DNA of 64,000 nt from an uncultured Candidatus Entotheonella sp. (GTDB taxonomy: Bacteria > Tectomicrobia > Entotheonellia > Entotheonellales > Entotheonellaceae). The stretch covers positions 3,104,001 through 3,168,000 of the forward strand of contig OZ244252.1 in NCBI GenBank assembly GCA_965217185.1, written 5' to 3'. Positions 1 through 8,414 of this stretch are shown piece after piece (positions within the stretch are counted from its first letter, which is position 1; the number at the start of each line of letters is the position of its first letter). The notes below the pieces were generated by a model. The model was not told where the DNA came from. It saw nothing but the letters and a program-made list of their open reading frames with translations, and did no database searches. A program made the position numbers and the translations under genes.

Positions 1-263
1 GTGTTCAGAGACCTCATAATTTGCGCTGCCACCAATGTCACCAACCCATACCAGATCACCTTGACAACGTACAACTGGACGACTTTGCTCCAATACCTCG
101 GTGAACCTGGCGGCGTTCTCCGGAAGTCGTTGTCCTCGCGAATATATTCCGGCGTGGCTAGGAAGCGTTTTCGAAAGTAAATATGCAAGCGAACCATGTC
201 GATGGCTTGGATAATTGAAGCGGTAAACATGCTCACAAGTACTCCTTGCCCGGACCAAGTCAT
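1..263 (-). CDS. Small membrane protein, partial (runs off the window edge)
   Basis: Manual translation from ATG at 263 gives MTWSGQGVLVSMFTASIIQAIDMVRLHIYF...VIWYGLVTLVAAQIMRSLN, open to base 1, with two hydrophobic stretches; it follows the Sel1 gene on the same strand. Confidence 0.5.
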   Translation of the reverse strand, partial: MTWSGQGVLVSMFTASIIQAIDMVRLHIYFRKRFLATPEYIREDNDFRRTPPGSPRYWSKVVQLYVVKVIWYGLVTLVAAQIMRSLN

Positions 264-313
264 GTAATTCGTCCCCAGCGCGCCAGCAAGTAAATGAAGA
301 GCGTGATTCCATA

Positions 314-1099
314 TCATTTCAGTTCCCCCCAGGCTCCCCATATGAGAAAGGGCGACATCAGACAGTTGAAGGAGTCAATCGCGCTGGCTGTGCCATCAGG
401 AGCAGTCGAAAAGTCATAGCACAGTCCGGTACCGTCTGGTTTGATGACGAAAGCGTAAGGATATACATCTTCGCTTTCGTCATCGCCAAAATCCCACCGA
501 CGATTCAAACCAGTAATTCGGAAGGATGCCCACTGGGTAGTGCTGGCAACCAACACCCTTCCGAACTCGGAGCTGCCCATTCTCTTGCGAGCTAGGGTGA
601 ACAGGGCCGTTTTCTTGTTGTAGTCGTTCATGGCAAAGCACCGCCATATTTCCCCTTTCAGAGCATTCTGTGCTTCCTCATGCCCCTGCTCGCTGGCCAA
701 GCGATACCACTTTTTGGCCTCGGCATCGTCCTGCGGCACACCCTTACCCTCTGCATACATGCGACCCAGATGGAATTGCGCCCCGGGGTGTCCCTGCTCG
801 GCGGCCTTGCGATACCATTTCACGGCTTCGGCGTCGTCCTTCGGCAAAAAATAAAGGCCACGCCAGTGAAAAAAACCCAGTTCCCATTGCGCTTGGACAT
901 CGCCCTGCTCGGCACGGTGCCGCAATTTCGCAATGAACTGTTCGGCATTCTGTTCGGCATCGCGGCGTAACTGATCGAAGAAATCAATGTCGAGGAGTTC
1001 TGTTCCTTCAGTCATGTTCCCGTCTTGCGCCAAGGCGACTGCCGCTGACACTACGAGAACAAACCCATACAACAGCCCGTAAAAACCTCGATGCCGCAT
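314..1099 (-). CDS. Secreted Sel1-repeat (SLR) protein with unknown C-terminal domain
   Basis: Signal peptide ending AVALA-Q; Sel1 motifs AEQGDVQAQWELG, AVKWYRKAAEQGHPGAQFHLGRMY, AKKWYRLASEQGHEEAQ; GAGGAGG RBS upstream of ATG 1099. Confidence 0.8.
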   Translation of the reverse strand: MRHRGFYGLLYGFVLVVSAAVALAQDGNMTEGTELLDIDFFDQLRRDAEQNAEQFIAKLRHRAEQGDVQAQWELGFFHWRGLYFLPKDDAEAVKWYRKAAEQGHPGAQFHLGRMYAEGKGVPQDDAEAKKWYRLASEQGHEEAQNALKGEIWRCFAMNDYNKKTALFTLARKRMGSSEFGRVLVASTTQWASFRITGLNRRWDFGDDESEDVYPYAFVIKPDGTGLCYDFSTAPDGTASAIDSFNCLMSPFLIWGAWGELK

Positions 1100-1116
1100 C
1101 AAGAGCCGCCTCCTCA

Positions 1117-1144
1117 ACTTCGGATAAGGGCGGTTATGTCAAAC
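1117..1144 (+). other. dif-like XerC/XerD site 1
   Basis: ACTTCGGATAA-GGGCGG-TTATGTCAAAC, 11-6-11 layout; right arm matches E. coli XerD arm TTATGTTAAAT at 9/11. Confidence 0.75.
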
Positions 1145-1242
1145 TCGGGCCTCAATGTGAAATGAGATTGCGGCTTTGTAAAGCTTGGCGTCGCAGGCAA
1201 CCGGCTTACGGCTAGCACGGCTTGATGTTGTGCTCGGCGGGC

Positions 1243-1271
1243 TTGACAGATCAGATATAAGGGGGTATGGT
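1243..1271 (+). promoter_or_regulatory. sigma70-type promoter
   Basis: TTGACA-17 bp-TATGGT, upstream of AAGGAGG RBS and ATG 1323. Confidence 0.6.
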
Positions 1272-1322
1272 ATGTGGGGAGATTGTCGTCCTGTCCCCTC
1301 CTTAGAATTATAAGGAGGTCGA

Positions 1323-1508
1323 ATGCTCTTTGTTATAGCGGTGATTTTAACAATACTCGAAGTTTCCGACTCTGTTATTAACAATTTGAATACTGTACTT
1401 GTCATTTTGAAGATTGTTCAAGTGAAGCCTTTCCTGCCAATGTTATTCGGTCTGCTGCTCCAGCAAGTATCCCCTGATTTGGCTATTTCGCAACCCTTCC
1501 TACGATAG
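1323..1508 (+). CDS. 61-aa hydrophobic peptide, function unknown
   Basis: TAAGGAGG RBS, near-consensus promoter, AT-rich codons, hydrophobic sequence. Confidence 0.5.
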   Translation: MLFVIAVILTILEVSDSVINNLNTVLVILKIVQVKPFLPMLFGLLLQQVSPDLAISQPFLR

Positions 1509-1535
1509 GTCCTCGCTTGTCCACATCTGTTCTCA

Positions 1536-1563
1536 ACTTCCGATAAACGATTATATGTAAACT
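1536..1563 (+). other. dif-like XerC/XerD site 2
   Basis: ACTTCCGATAA-ACGATT-ATATGTAAACT; same orientation as site 1 and same CTCA prefix. Confidence 0.65.
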
Positions 1564-1827
1564 TTGGAAGCCCCTGAAAGCCACGTCGTTATTGGTGATG
1601 CGCCGTTTCGACGCGCAGGCCTACAGAACACCCCACCGGATGCCGGGAAAGCGCCAAAAGCGCCTGGAATCGGTGGGGAGCCAGCCGCATAATCAGCCTG
1701 GTTTCGGCCCTCAGGTGGGGAAATTTCAAACGGCCGACGTCGCCGGTCGCTCCGGGTCATTGGCCTGGAGCCGCTGCCCGGGCAGCTCCAATTCGGGGAA
1801 ATGTGGCCGACCAACCCAGCGGAGCTT

Positions 1828-2481
1828 TCAGGTTTCTCCGCGACCGGGGTCTTCGCCGGGCCGAGGCGGCCCCGTGGGAGCCGACCGTACCAAGCCTTGG
1901 GCGATACGGTCCAACCATCTGAGGCCCGGCATGTCAGCGCGCCATGCCATCACCTCGCCGCGGGCCATGCCCACGCTTTGGAATTGTTCTTCCCTGCTGT
2001 GTACAAACACCGTCGTATCCGCGACCCGTGCCGCCCGGGCCGCGTTATCGAAGCTGCGATCGAAGCGCCGCTCCTGCACGTGCCGGGGGATATCATGCCC
2101 GCCCTTACTTACGCGGTCCTCAACACGTCTGCGACTCGTTTCGAGGGAATCCACGCCAACGAAGAACAGGTTGACCCTGAATCCCGCCTCTTTCGCCCCC
2201 TGCATCGTGCGGAGAATTTCGTTGCCGGAAAGGGTCGTTTCGCGGCTGAACGTCTGACCGCTGGCGATCAAGGCGCGAGTGCGTTCCAGGGTTTCCCGAC
2301 CGGCACGAGTGTGCCGCGTGGCGTCCGGTCCCGGCAGCGCAGCGGCAATCATGTCGGGGTTGACGGCTTCACCTAACGGGTAGCCCCTGGCCGCCAAGCC
2401 TTCCGTGTACGTGGACTTTCCCGCCCCGTTTGGCCCGCCAATGACGGTAAATACCGGGCGGCCTGGTCGCGCTCGCTCCAT
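1828..2481 (-). CDS. Zeta-toxin-like / AAA P-loop kinase
   Basis: GGPNGAGKST Walker A, NPD, ETTLSG and RVSKGGHDIP motifs. Confidence 0.85.
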   Translation of the reverse strand: MERARPGRPVFTVIGGPNGAGKSTYTEGLAARGYPLGEAVNPDMIAAALPGPDATRHTRAGRETLERTRALIASGQTFSRETTLSGNEILRTMQGAKEAGFRVNLFFVGVDSLETSRRRVEDRVSKGGHDIPRHVQERRFDRSFDNAARAARVADTTVFVHSREEQFQSVGMARGEVMAWRADMPGLRWLDRIAQGLVRSAPTGPPRPGEDPGRGET

Positions 2482-2666
2482 TACTCGCCATCGACCTGCG
2501 TAACCCGCCCGTCAGGGTGTTTCAGCATCGTTACGCCGTCACGCTCGATGATAAGCGGCTTGCCGCGGCTGAAGTGCTCCTGCCGCAGTTGTTCTCCCAG
2601 TTCTTCGCCCATCGCGTCCAGGTCCTCGATGAACGCCTTTTCTTCCGGTGTCCGTAGATCCTGCAT
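2481..2666 (-). CDS. Small partner protein (putative antitoxin) of the zeta-like ATPase
   Basis: 61 aa MQDLRTPEEK...HPDGRV; GAGGA RBS; stop overlaps the ATPase start (TAATG). Confidence 0.6.
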   Translation of the reverse strand: MQDLRTPEEKAFIEDLDAMGEELGEQLRQEHFSRGKPLIIERDGVTMLKHPDGRVTQVDGE

Positions 2667-2707
2667 ATCTTGATCCTCTTGCAAGGGGGTTATTGCGAAG
2701 CCGGGTT

Positions 2708-2860
2708 CTAGGCGATCGTCGGCATTTGCCGACTGTGGAACAGCATGTCCAGGGACTCGGCCAGCAGGTTCTGGATCGACATGTCCTCGCCGGCGGCGAT
2801 GATGCGGAGCTGCCTGGAGACCTCTGGTGTGAAGTAGCCGCCAATGTGCTTGGCGTGGTT
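2708..2860 (-). pseudogene. Ribbon-helix-helix protein, 5' end cut at the intron/dif-like site
   Basis: KHIGGYFTPEVSRQLRIIAAGEDMSIQNLLAESLDMLF resembles partition/antitoxin-type RHH proteins. Confidence 0.55.
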
Positions 2861-3324
2861 GTAGAGTCGGCGACTGACGCGGTAGCGGTAGGCGGATGGG
2901 GGTAGCTGTTCCCGGCAGCTTTCGCAATGCCGGTGCCTCACTCCCCGCCATGGCTCCGTTTCCAGTCGCCGCTCTCCGAACCGGACAGGCGGCTCTCCCG
3001 CATCCGGCTCTCCAGTGGGATCATGCGTTTCGCACACGGAACACCCTGGCAACCGCGGGCAGCAGGTAATCGGACTTGCGGGAGCGGCACAGCTTCCGCC
3101 CTGCGGCGCGCGGTGCGTTCAGTGGGTCGTCGAGCCTGTTGACGCCTCGACGACCCCGCGCCTTGAAAGGGCGCGGTTCCTTCACTTGGGCATGTGATGC
3201 TGCCGGGTTTTCTGGTCATCATTCGGGGTAATAGGCATGGCCACTCCCGTGACCCTTCTCCCTTTGGGCATCGCTCCTCACCTGAGGCTCCTTTCCTCCG
3301 CCGGCATTACCCGGCATCCCTGGT

Positions 3325-5349
3325 GTCGGGTCGGAGGAGGCGCCCCATGGGGCTGGCCTCCGTCCGCCGCTCAAACGGCCCGTACGGTTTTCCCGTAAGC
3401 CGCTTTCACAAAGGTGTCGCACGAGGGTTCAAGGAAGGAACCAGCGAGATCAAGCGTACAAGCCCGTATTCGACGATAAGCCTGCGCTCCGGCAGGTCTC
3501 TCCACCCGCCGTTGCGCCATCGCTTGCGGCGATGCGACCAAATGCGCCGCACGATCCAGCCGTCAAGCTGAAGGAAGAGCCGGCGGACATGGGCCTTGCA
3601 GTAGTACTGGCCCCAACCTCGAATGACCGGGTTGATCTGGCCGATCAACTCCTGCGTACTGACTGGAGCCTTTCGACGGGTGCGCTTACGGATCTGGTCC
3701 TTGAAGTGCCGAATGGATCTCTCACGCGGAACCGCATAGCGCGTTCCCCCGTGAATCCCGCTCCTGATCTGCGAGGCTCGCAACCTGAGAGGCCGCTGGC
3801 CTTGCTTGATCTTGTAGCCGAGAAACTCAAACCCGTTTCTGACATGCACAATCCGGGTTTTCTCGGTGTGCAGGGTCACACCCAGCTTGGCCAGTATCCG
3901 CTTGGCCACGTCCAGTGCCGCACGGGCTTCCCCGCGGTTGCGGCACGTCAGCAGCCAGTCGTCGGCATACCGGGTCAGCCGATAGCCACGACGACGCATC
4001 TCCCAATCAAACGGGGTCAGCAAGATATTACTGAGCAGAGAGGAAACAACCCCGCCCTGAGGCGTGCCCTGTTCGGTCGGAAGCTTTCTGCCGTCAACTA
4101 CCACTCCGGCCCTGAGTATCTGCCGAAGCAGGCCCAGGACGCGACCGTCCGAAACTCGCTGGTTAACGAGCACAAGGAGCTTTTCGTGGTCCACGGACCC
4201 GAAAAAGTCTGACAGGTCCGCATCAACTACCCATTCAAACCCCTCGTCCAGTTCCCGCCATATCTTGCGCAGTGCTCCGTGGGCGGACCTCCCCCGCCGG
4301 TAGCCGTAGTTGGCATCATCGAATACCGGCTCGAAGATCGGCTCCAGTCGGTTCAGCAACGCCTGCTGGCATACCCGGTCATAGATCGTCGGGATACCCA
4401 GAGGACGAAACTTCCCCGGCTGGCCCGCCTTGGGAATCAGGCGTTGGAGAACCGGCTGCGGCACATAATCCCCGTCCCGCAACTCCCGGTGCAGACGGTC
4501 AAGGTTCGCATCAAGCGATGCCTCGAACGCCACCAAGTCTTCCCCATCCACGCCACCGGCACCCCGGTTGCGCTTCACCTTCTCCCAGGCCACCTCCAGA
4601 TTCTTCCGCTTGTACACCTTGTCCACCAGTGAGTGGACCTTCCTGTCACCCGTCGGGTTGAGCCAGTCAACAAGTCTCCTCGGTCCGTGACGTCCGGGTC
4701 TTTCGCTCAGGGAACTTATCCGCGTCATAGCCCTTACTCGCTTATTGCCTGTCTCGTACCGGCCACCTCTGCCAACCGCCTTCCCCGGCCCACCCGGCCG
4801 CCGCTTGCGCGGTCACCCGGCTTTCGCCGGGCTTCAGGTACTATTCGGTTGTCCGATTGCTCGCCGTGCATCCTTTCCCACTTCGCCTCTCGGCTTATAG
4901 GGTCCGTTATCCCGGCGCCACCCGGAAACACGTCGAGCCCTCCTGGGGTCACGTCCAGATCTTCCGTACCGTGCCGTTCGCAAACACCCTGGTGCGACGG
5001 GTGGGTAAGAACGCCTTCGCCGTCATAATGCCGGCTCGACCTTGCCCCGTCTTTGGCCGACCGATTCATCGTGGGGCAGCCCCCTTGATTACGGCCCGGT
5101 ACTTCTCCGCAAGCCCTTCGGATTCCACCTCGCGGTGGACACCCTGCCCTCCGGTTTGTCTCTCGACAGCGAGCCGACTTAGCTCCACCCTTGGCTGTTT
5201 CCGCCGTTTCCGGCTTTGTGCCCGTTTAGGGTCTCGCTTATCAACTCACCCCGGCCAGTGAGGCATTACCCCCACTTTTGGATATGACGCCCCTTACCCG
5301 GGCGTCAGTGGGACTTGAACCCACCTGATCTGGGCGCTGCCCAGCACAC
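3325..5349 (-). mobile_element. Inner group II intron B (RT-encoding), nested in intron A
   Basis: 5' GTGTG at 5349; domain V AAGCGGCTTACGGGAAAACCGTACGGGCCGTTT (3373-3405); 3' CCCGAC at 3325; removing it restores GAGAGGCTTGTAAT|ACCAGGGATGCCGGGTAATGCCGG of intron A. Confidence 0.88.
3406..4728 (-). CDS. ltrA: Group II intron reverse transcriptase/maturase, no endonuclease domain
   Basis: GAGGVDG, RPLGIPT, GTPQGG, YADD and the X domain (INPVIRGWGQYY); no HNH tail. Confidence 0.95.
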   Translation of the reverse strand: MTRISSLSERPGRHGPRRLVDWLNPTGDRKVHSLVDKVYKRKNLEVAWEKVKRNRGAGGVDGEDLVAFEASLDANLDRLHRELRDGDYVPQPVLQRLIPKAGQPGKFRPLGIPTIYDRVCQQALLNRLEPIFEPVFDDANYGYRRGRSAHGALRKIWRELDEGFEWVVDADLSDFFGSVDHEKLLVLVNQRVSDGRVLGLLRQILRAGVVVDGRKLPTEQGTPQGGVVSSLLSNILLTPFDWEMRRRGYRLTRYADDWLLTCRNRGEARAALDVAKRILAKLGVTLHTEKTRIVHVRNGFEFLGYKIKQGQRPLRLRASQIRSGIHGGTRYAVPRERSIRHFKDQIRKRTRRKAPVSTQELIGQINPVIRGWGQYYCKAHVRRLFLQLDGWIVRRIWSHRRKRWRNGGWRDLPERRLIVEYGLVRLISLVPSLNPRATPL

Positions 5350-5767
5350 ATTACAAGCCTCTCCGCCACCCTGAGCGGCCCGACCTGGCCCTCACGGGCT
5401 GTCGGTTGGCGCGTGCCACGCCACCGGACAGGGCTTCCCGTGTTGCGTCCACTCTCCTCTTCCATGCGTGCTGCCGCCAATACCCCGGCGGAACCCGTCG
5501 GTGCGTGTGTCGCTCGCTTCCCAACGGGTATCAGCCTTCCCCGTTATCCGGGCGGGTCGGCTTCCGCATTACACGTTTCGAGGCCTGCTCGGCGTTCACT
5601 GGTGTTGCGGCCCGCATGGTCGCTAAGCCGCCCTTGGCGGCCCGTTGCATCGGAGTGCTTCAGACGATGTCGTTACCTCCATCATCCGCTCCGACTGCTA
5701 CCGGCTGGAGCGACAGTTGCCGGACGGGATTCGCACCCGCTGAAGAATGGCGCCTTCCACGGCGCAC

Positions 5768-5792
5768 CGGATAACCCCGCGTTATGTTAACC
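5768..5792 (+). other. dif-like XerC/XerD site 3 (its first 4 bp, GGTT, lie at 2857-2860 across intron A)
   Basis: Rejoined site is GGTTCGGATAA-CCCCGCG-TTATGTTAACC; each arm matches E. coli dif at 9/11; 7-bp spacer. Confidence 0.7.
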
Positions 5793-6362
5793 ACTCGCAG
5801 CGTGGCATCATGAAAACCCTCTTCCTATTTCACAAGCGTCACATGCTACCCATCGTCGCCGAATATGAACTCCTGCACCGAAATCTTGCCTTCTTCCCAC
5901 AAACCGTTTTCTTTTAACGCAGAGTACCAGGCCAGGAGCGCTCTTTGCATGTCTTCTAGTGATGCTCCGTAGACGGGTCTCATGTGTTCAATCCAAAGTT
6001 CAACCTCTCTCGCTGTGGCCGTTCGGTGTTGGGCAAATGACGCTGCAATCCTGACCAAAGTTCCCGCTAAATTCTCATCAATTACATCTTCCGGTTCACT
6101 CCAGTGAGCATTCCCCAAACAGTCGGTATACAGGCTGATTTGTTTGACTTGATCCAGGATTGCTGTGTGCTCCGCCGAAGGATCTGCTGCCGGTTGAAGG
6201 GAAATCAAATGTCTTGCACCTTGTTGGATGAGATCCGGCAATATCCACATGGCATTCTTGTGCCGATGCGACCTGTAATTCTTCCATGCGTCGCGAAGCA
6301 CATTGTCGTTCGGCGATCCCGAGATTTGGCGTAGGATGGCGACCTTCCCGCTTTCTTCAATA

Positions 6363-7650
6363 GGGCATCTCTAATAATACCCATCTCCCACGTGGTTTAG
6401 AATCACTGAAACACGTCAACCAACAAGGCCGGAGGAGTGCAACATGGCTCAGATGGGCTTTTTCGATATCGAGAATCGCTACGCCGCTCTGGACGCCAAA
6501 AACGATCCCCTGGTGAAGGTCAACGCTGCCGTTCCGTGGGAAGCGTTCCGCAGCCGCCTGGAGAGAGTCTGGCGCAAGCCAGCCGACAAGCGCAAGTCCA
6601 ATGCGGGGTGCAAGCCGTGGGATGCCATCGTCATGTTCAAGGCCATCATTTTGTGCGCCCTCTACAATCTGTCGGACGACCAGGTCGAGTATCAGATGCG
6701 CGACCGCCTGTCCTTTGTGCGCTTCTTGGCCTTGACACTCGAAGACAAGGTGCCCGATGCCAAGACGGTGTGGCTCTACCGCGAACAGTTGTCACAGGCC
6801 GGCCTCATCGATGCCTTGTTCGAGGATTTCGACGGCTACCTGAAAAGCCAGGGCTACCAGGCAATGGGTGGCCAGATCATCGATGCTTCGATTGTCGCGG
6901 TTCCCATGCAACGCAATCGTCGTGACGACAATGAGCAGATCAAACGGGGTGAGACACCTGAGGCCTGGGCCGACAAGCCAGCCAAGCGTCGACAAAAGGA
7001 CAGGGATGCGCGCTGGACGAAGAAGCACGGCAAGAGCCACTATGGCTACAAGAATCACGTCACCATCGACCGTCGGCACAAGCTGATACGGCGTTACCGG
7101 GTGACGGATGCGGCGGTGCACGACAGCCAAGTGATTGAGGAGTTGCTTACGTCGGACAACACGGCAAGCGGTGTCTGGGCGGACAGCGCCTAGCGGTCGA
7201 AAGCCATTGAAGCGACGCTGAAGGCCAGGGGTTTGAGGAGTCGGATTCATCGCAAGGGCTATCGCAACCGTCCGTTGCGTGATTGGGAGAAAGCAGGCAA
7301 CCAGAGCCGTTCACGGTTTCGGGTACGGGTAGAGCATGTCTTCGGGGCGCAGCAAAACGACATGGGCGGGACGTTGGTTCGCAGCATCGGGCTTGTACGG
7401 GCGAGGGCGCGGATAGGTCTTAAGAACCTTGCCTACAACATGCGTCGCCTGATTCAATTACAACGCCTTGCGAGCGCCAGTTGAGCGCCAACGGTGCGGA
7501 AGGGTGCACCGGAGGCCCTCATTGGAAGGCGAATCCTCCTTGCTGGGAGGCAGTCCCCCTGGACAGCCGAGTTCATTTTCTCACCGACATGCCAGCGAAT
7601 TGCCACTCTCGCCATCTATGACTATCCACGAGGCATTTTTCGAGATGCCC
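6363..7650 (+). mobile_element. IS5-family insertion sequence, copy 1
   Basis: Terminal IRs GGGCATCTC/GAGATGCCC, 4-bp AATA target duplication, DDE transposase inside. Confidence 0.9.
6444..7484 (+). pseudogene. IS5-family transposase with internal TAG at 7191
   Basis: ORFs 6444-7193 and 7233-7484 share a frame; the related copy at 54.3 kb has TAC at this codon (ADSAY). Confidence 0.85.
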
Positions 7651-7859
7651 AATAGATAAAATGGCTAGGGCAGTCGCTGATGGGTAACGTGCTGTTTCGA
7701 GTAGTAACTTGGCGTCTTCAGCCAGGCGACGCGCATTGCGGCGCGCAGCATTTATTCCCTGGGCAATCTGTGCAGCATCAAGACTGCCGGCGTACTGCGA
7801 CAACTTCTTTCGTGACATCGGTGCATCTCCGGTCAATTCTCAACTTCGCATCAGGGAGG

Positions 7860-8414
7860 TTATGTTGCCTTTGGATTCGCATTGATACCCATTGTGTAAC
7901 GAGAGGCGCCGCCGCCTTCGCTCTTAAATCTCCAAGACGGGCGCTTTAGGGTGCAGTACGTTGGCGCTTGTCCCTCGACTTTCTCCCATTCTTGGTAGTC
8001 AGGATGTTTTGGATTGCCTTTTACGTCACCATTGCGCGTCACAATAAAGGGCGAAAATTGGGGCAGAACAACACGGTATCGCTTTCGCTGTCTTCGGGTA
8101 CGAGCATTGATCGCCCTCACGACTTCCTCAGTATCTCTACTCTTATAATCTACCTTCCCTTTCTGATGACCTCCTATCTGACCGCCATATACCGGCGGAA
8201 AGGCAAGGTAGGCTTCAAAGGCCTTCATGACTCTGGCATCGTATTGACTTGGATCTTTTTTCGCCAAAGCGGCAAGTGTAGCGGCACCTGCAACACGAGC
8301 AGCGTATGGTCCATGCATGTCAAGCAATTCCGATCCTATCCTGTAGCGATCTTGTTTGAAGTTTTCGTCTGCCGTTTTGCATCTCCAATAGGCAAATATA
8401 ATCCCCACTAATCC
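7860..8414 (-). pseudogene. Hypothetical membrane-anchored protein, 5' end truncated by an IS
   Basis: Lower-GC ORF open up to the IS end; DRYRIGSELL...ARVAGAATLAALA resembles the domain that often precedes pentapeptide repeats. Confidence 0.5.

Larger units (their letters stand above)
2861..5767 (-). mobile_element. Outer group II intron A, ORF-less (882 nt once the inner intron is removed)
   Basis: 5' GTGCG at 5767; domain V GAGCCGGATGCGGGAGAGCCGCCTGTCCGGTTC (2978-3010); long domain VI ending ACTCTAC at 2861; EBS1 CGGATAA (5544-5550) complementary to the 5' exon end. Confidence 0.88.
5846..7818 (-). pseudogene. abiV: AbiV-family abortive infection protein interrupted by an IS5-family element
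   Basis: Removing 6363-7650 and one AATA copy restores NARRLAEDAKLLLETARYPSATALAILSIEESGKVAIL...YRSHRHKN in frame. Confidence 0.8.

Noticed and set aside
1592..2376. Plus-strand ORFs overlapping the zeta-like gene
   Set aside because: Antisense shadows with no recognisable motifs.
3406..4728. Retron, DGR or defence-type reverse transcriptase
   Set aside because: The RT has maturase features and sits inside complete group II intron ends.
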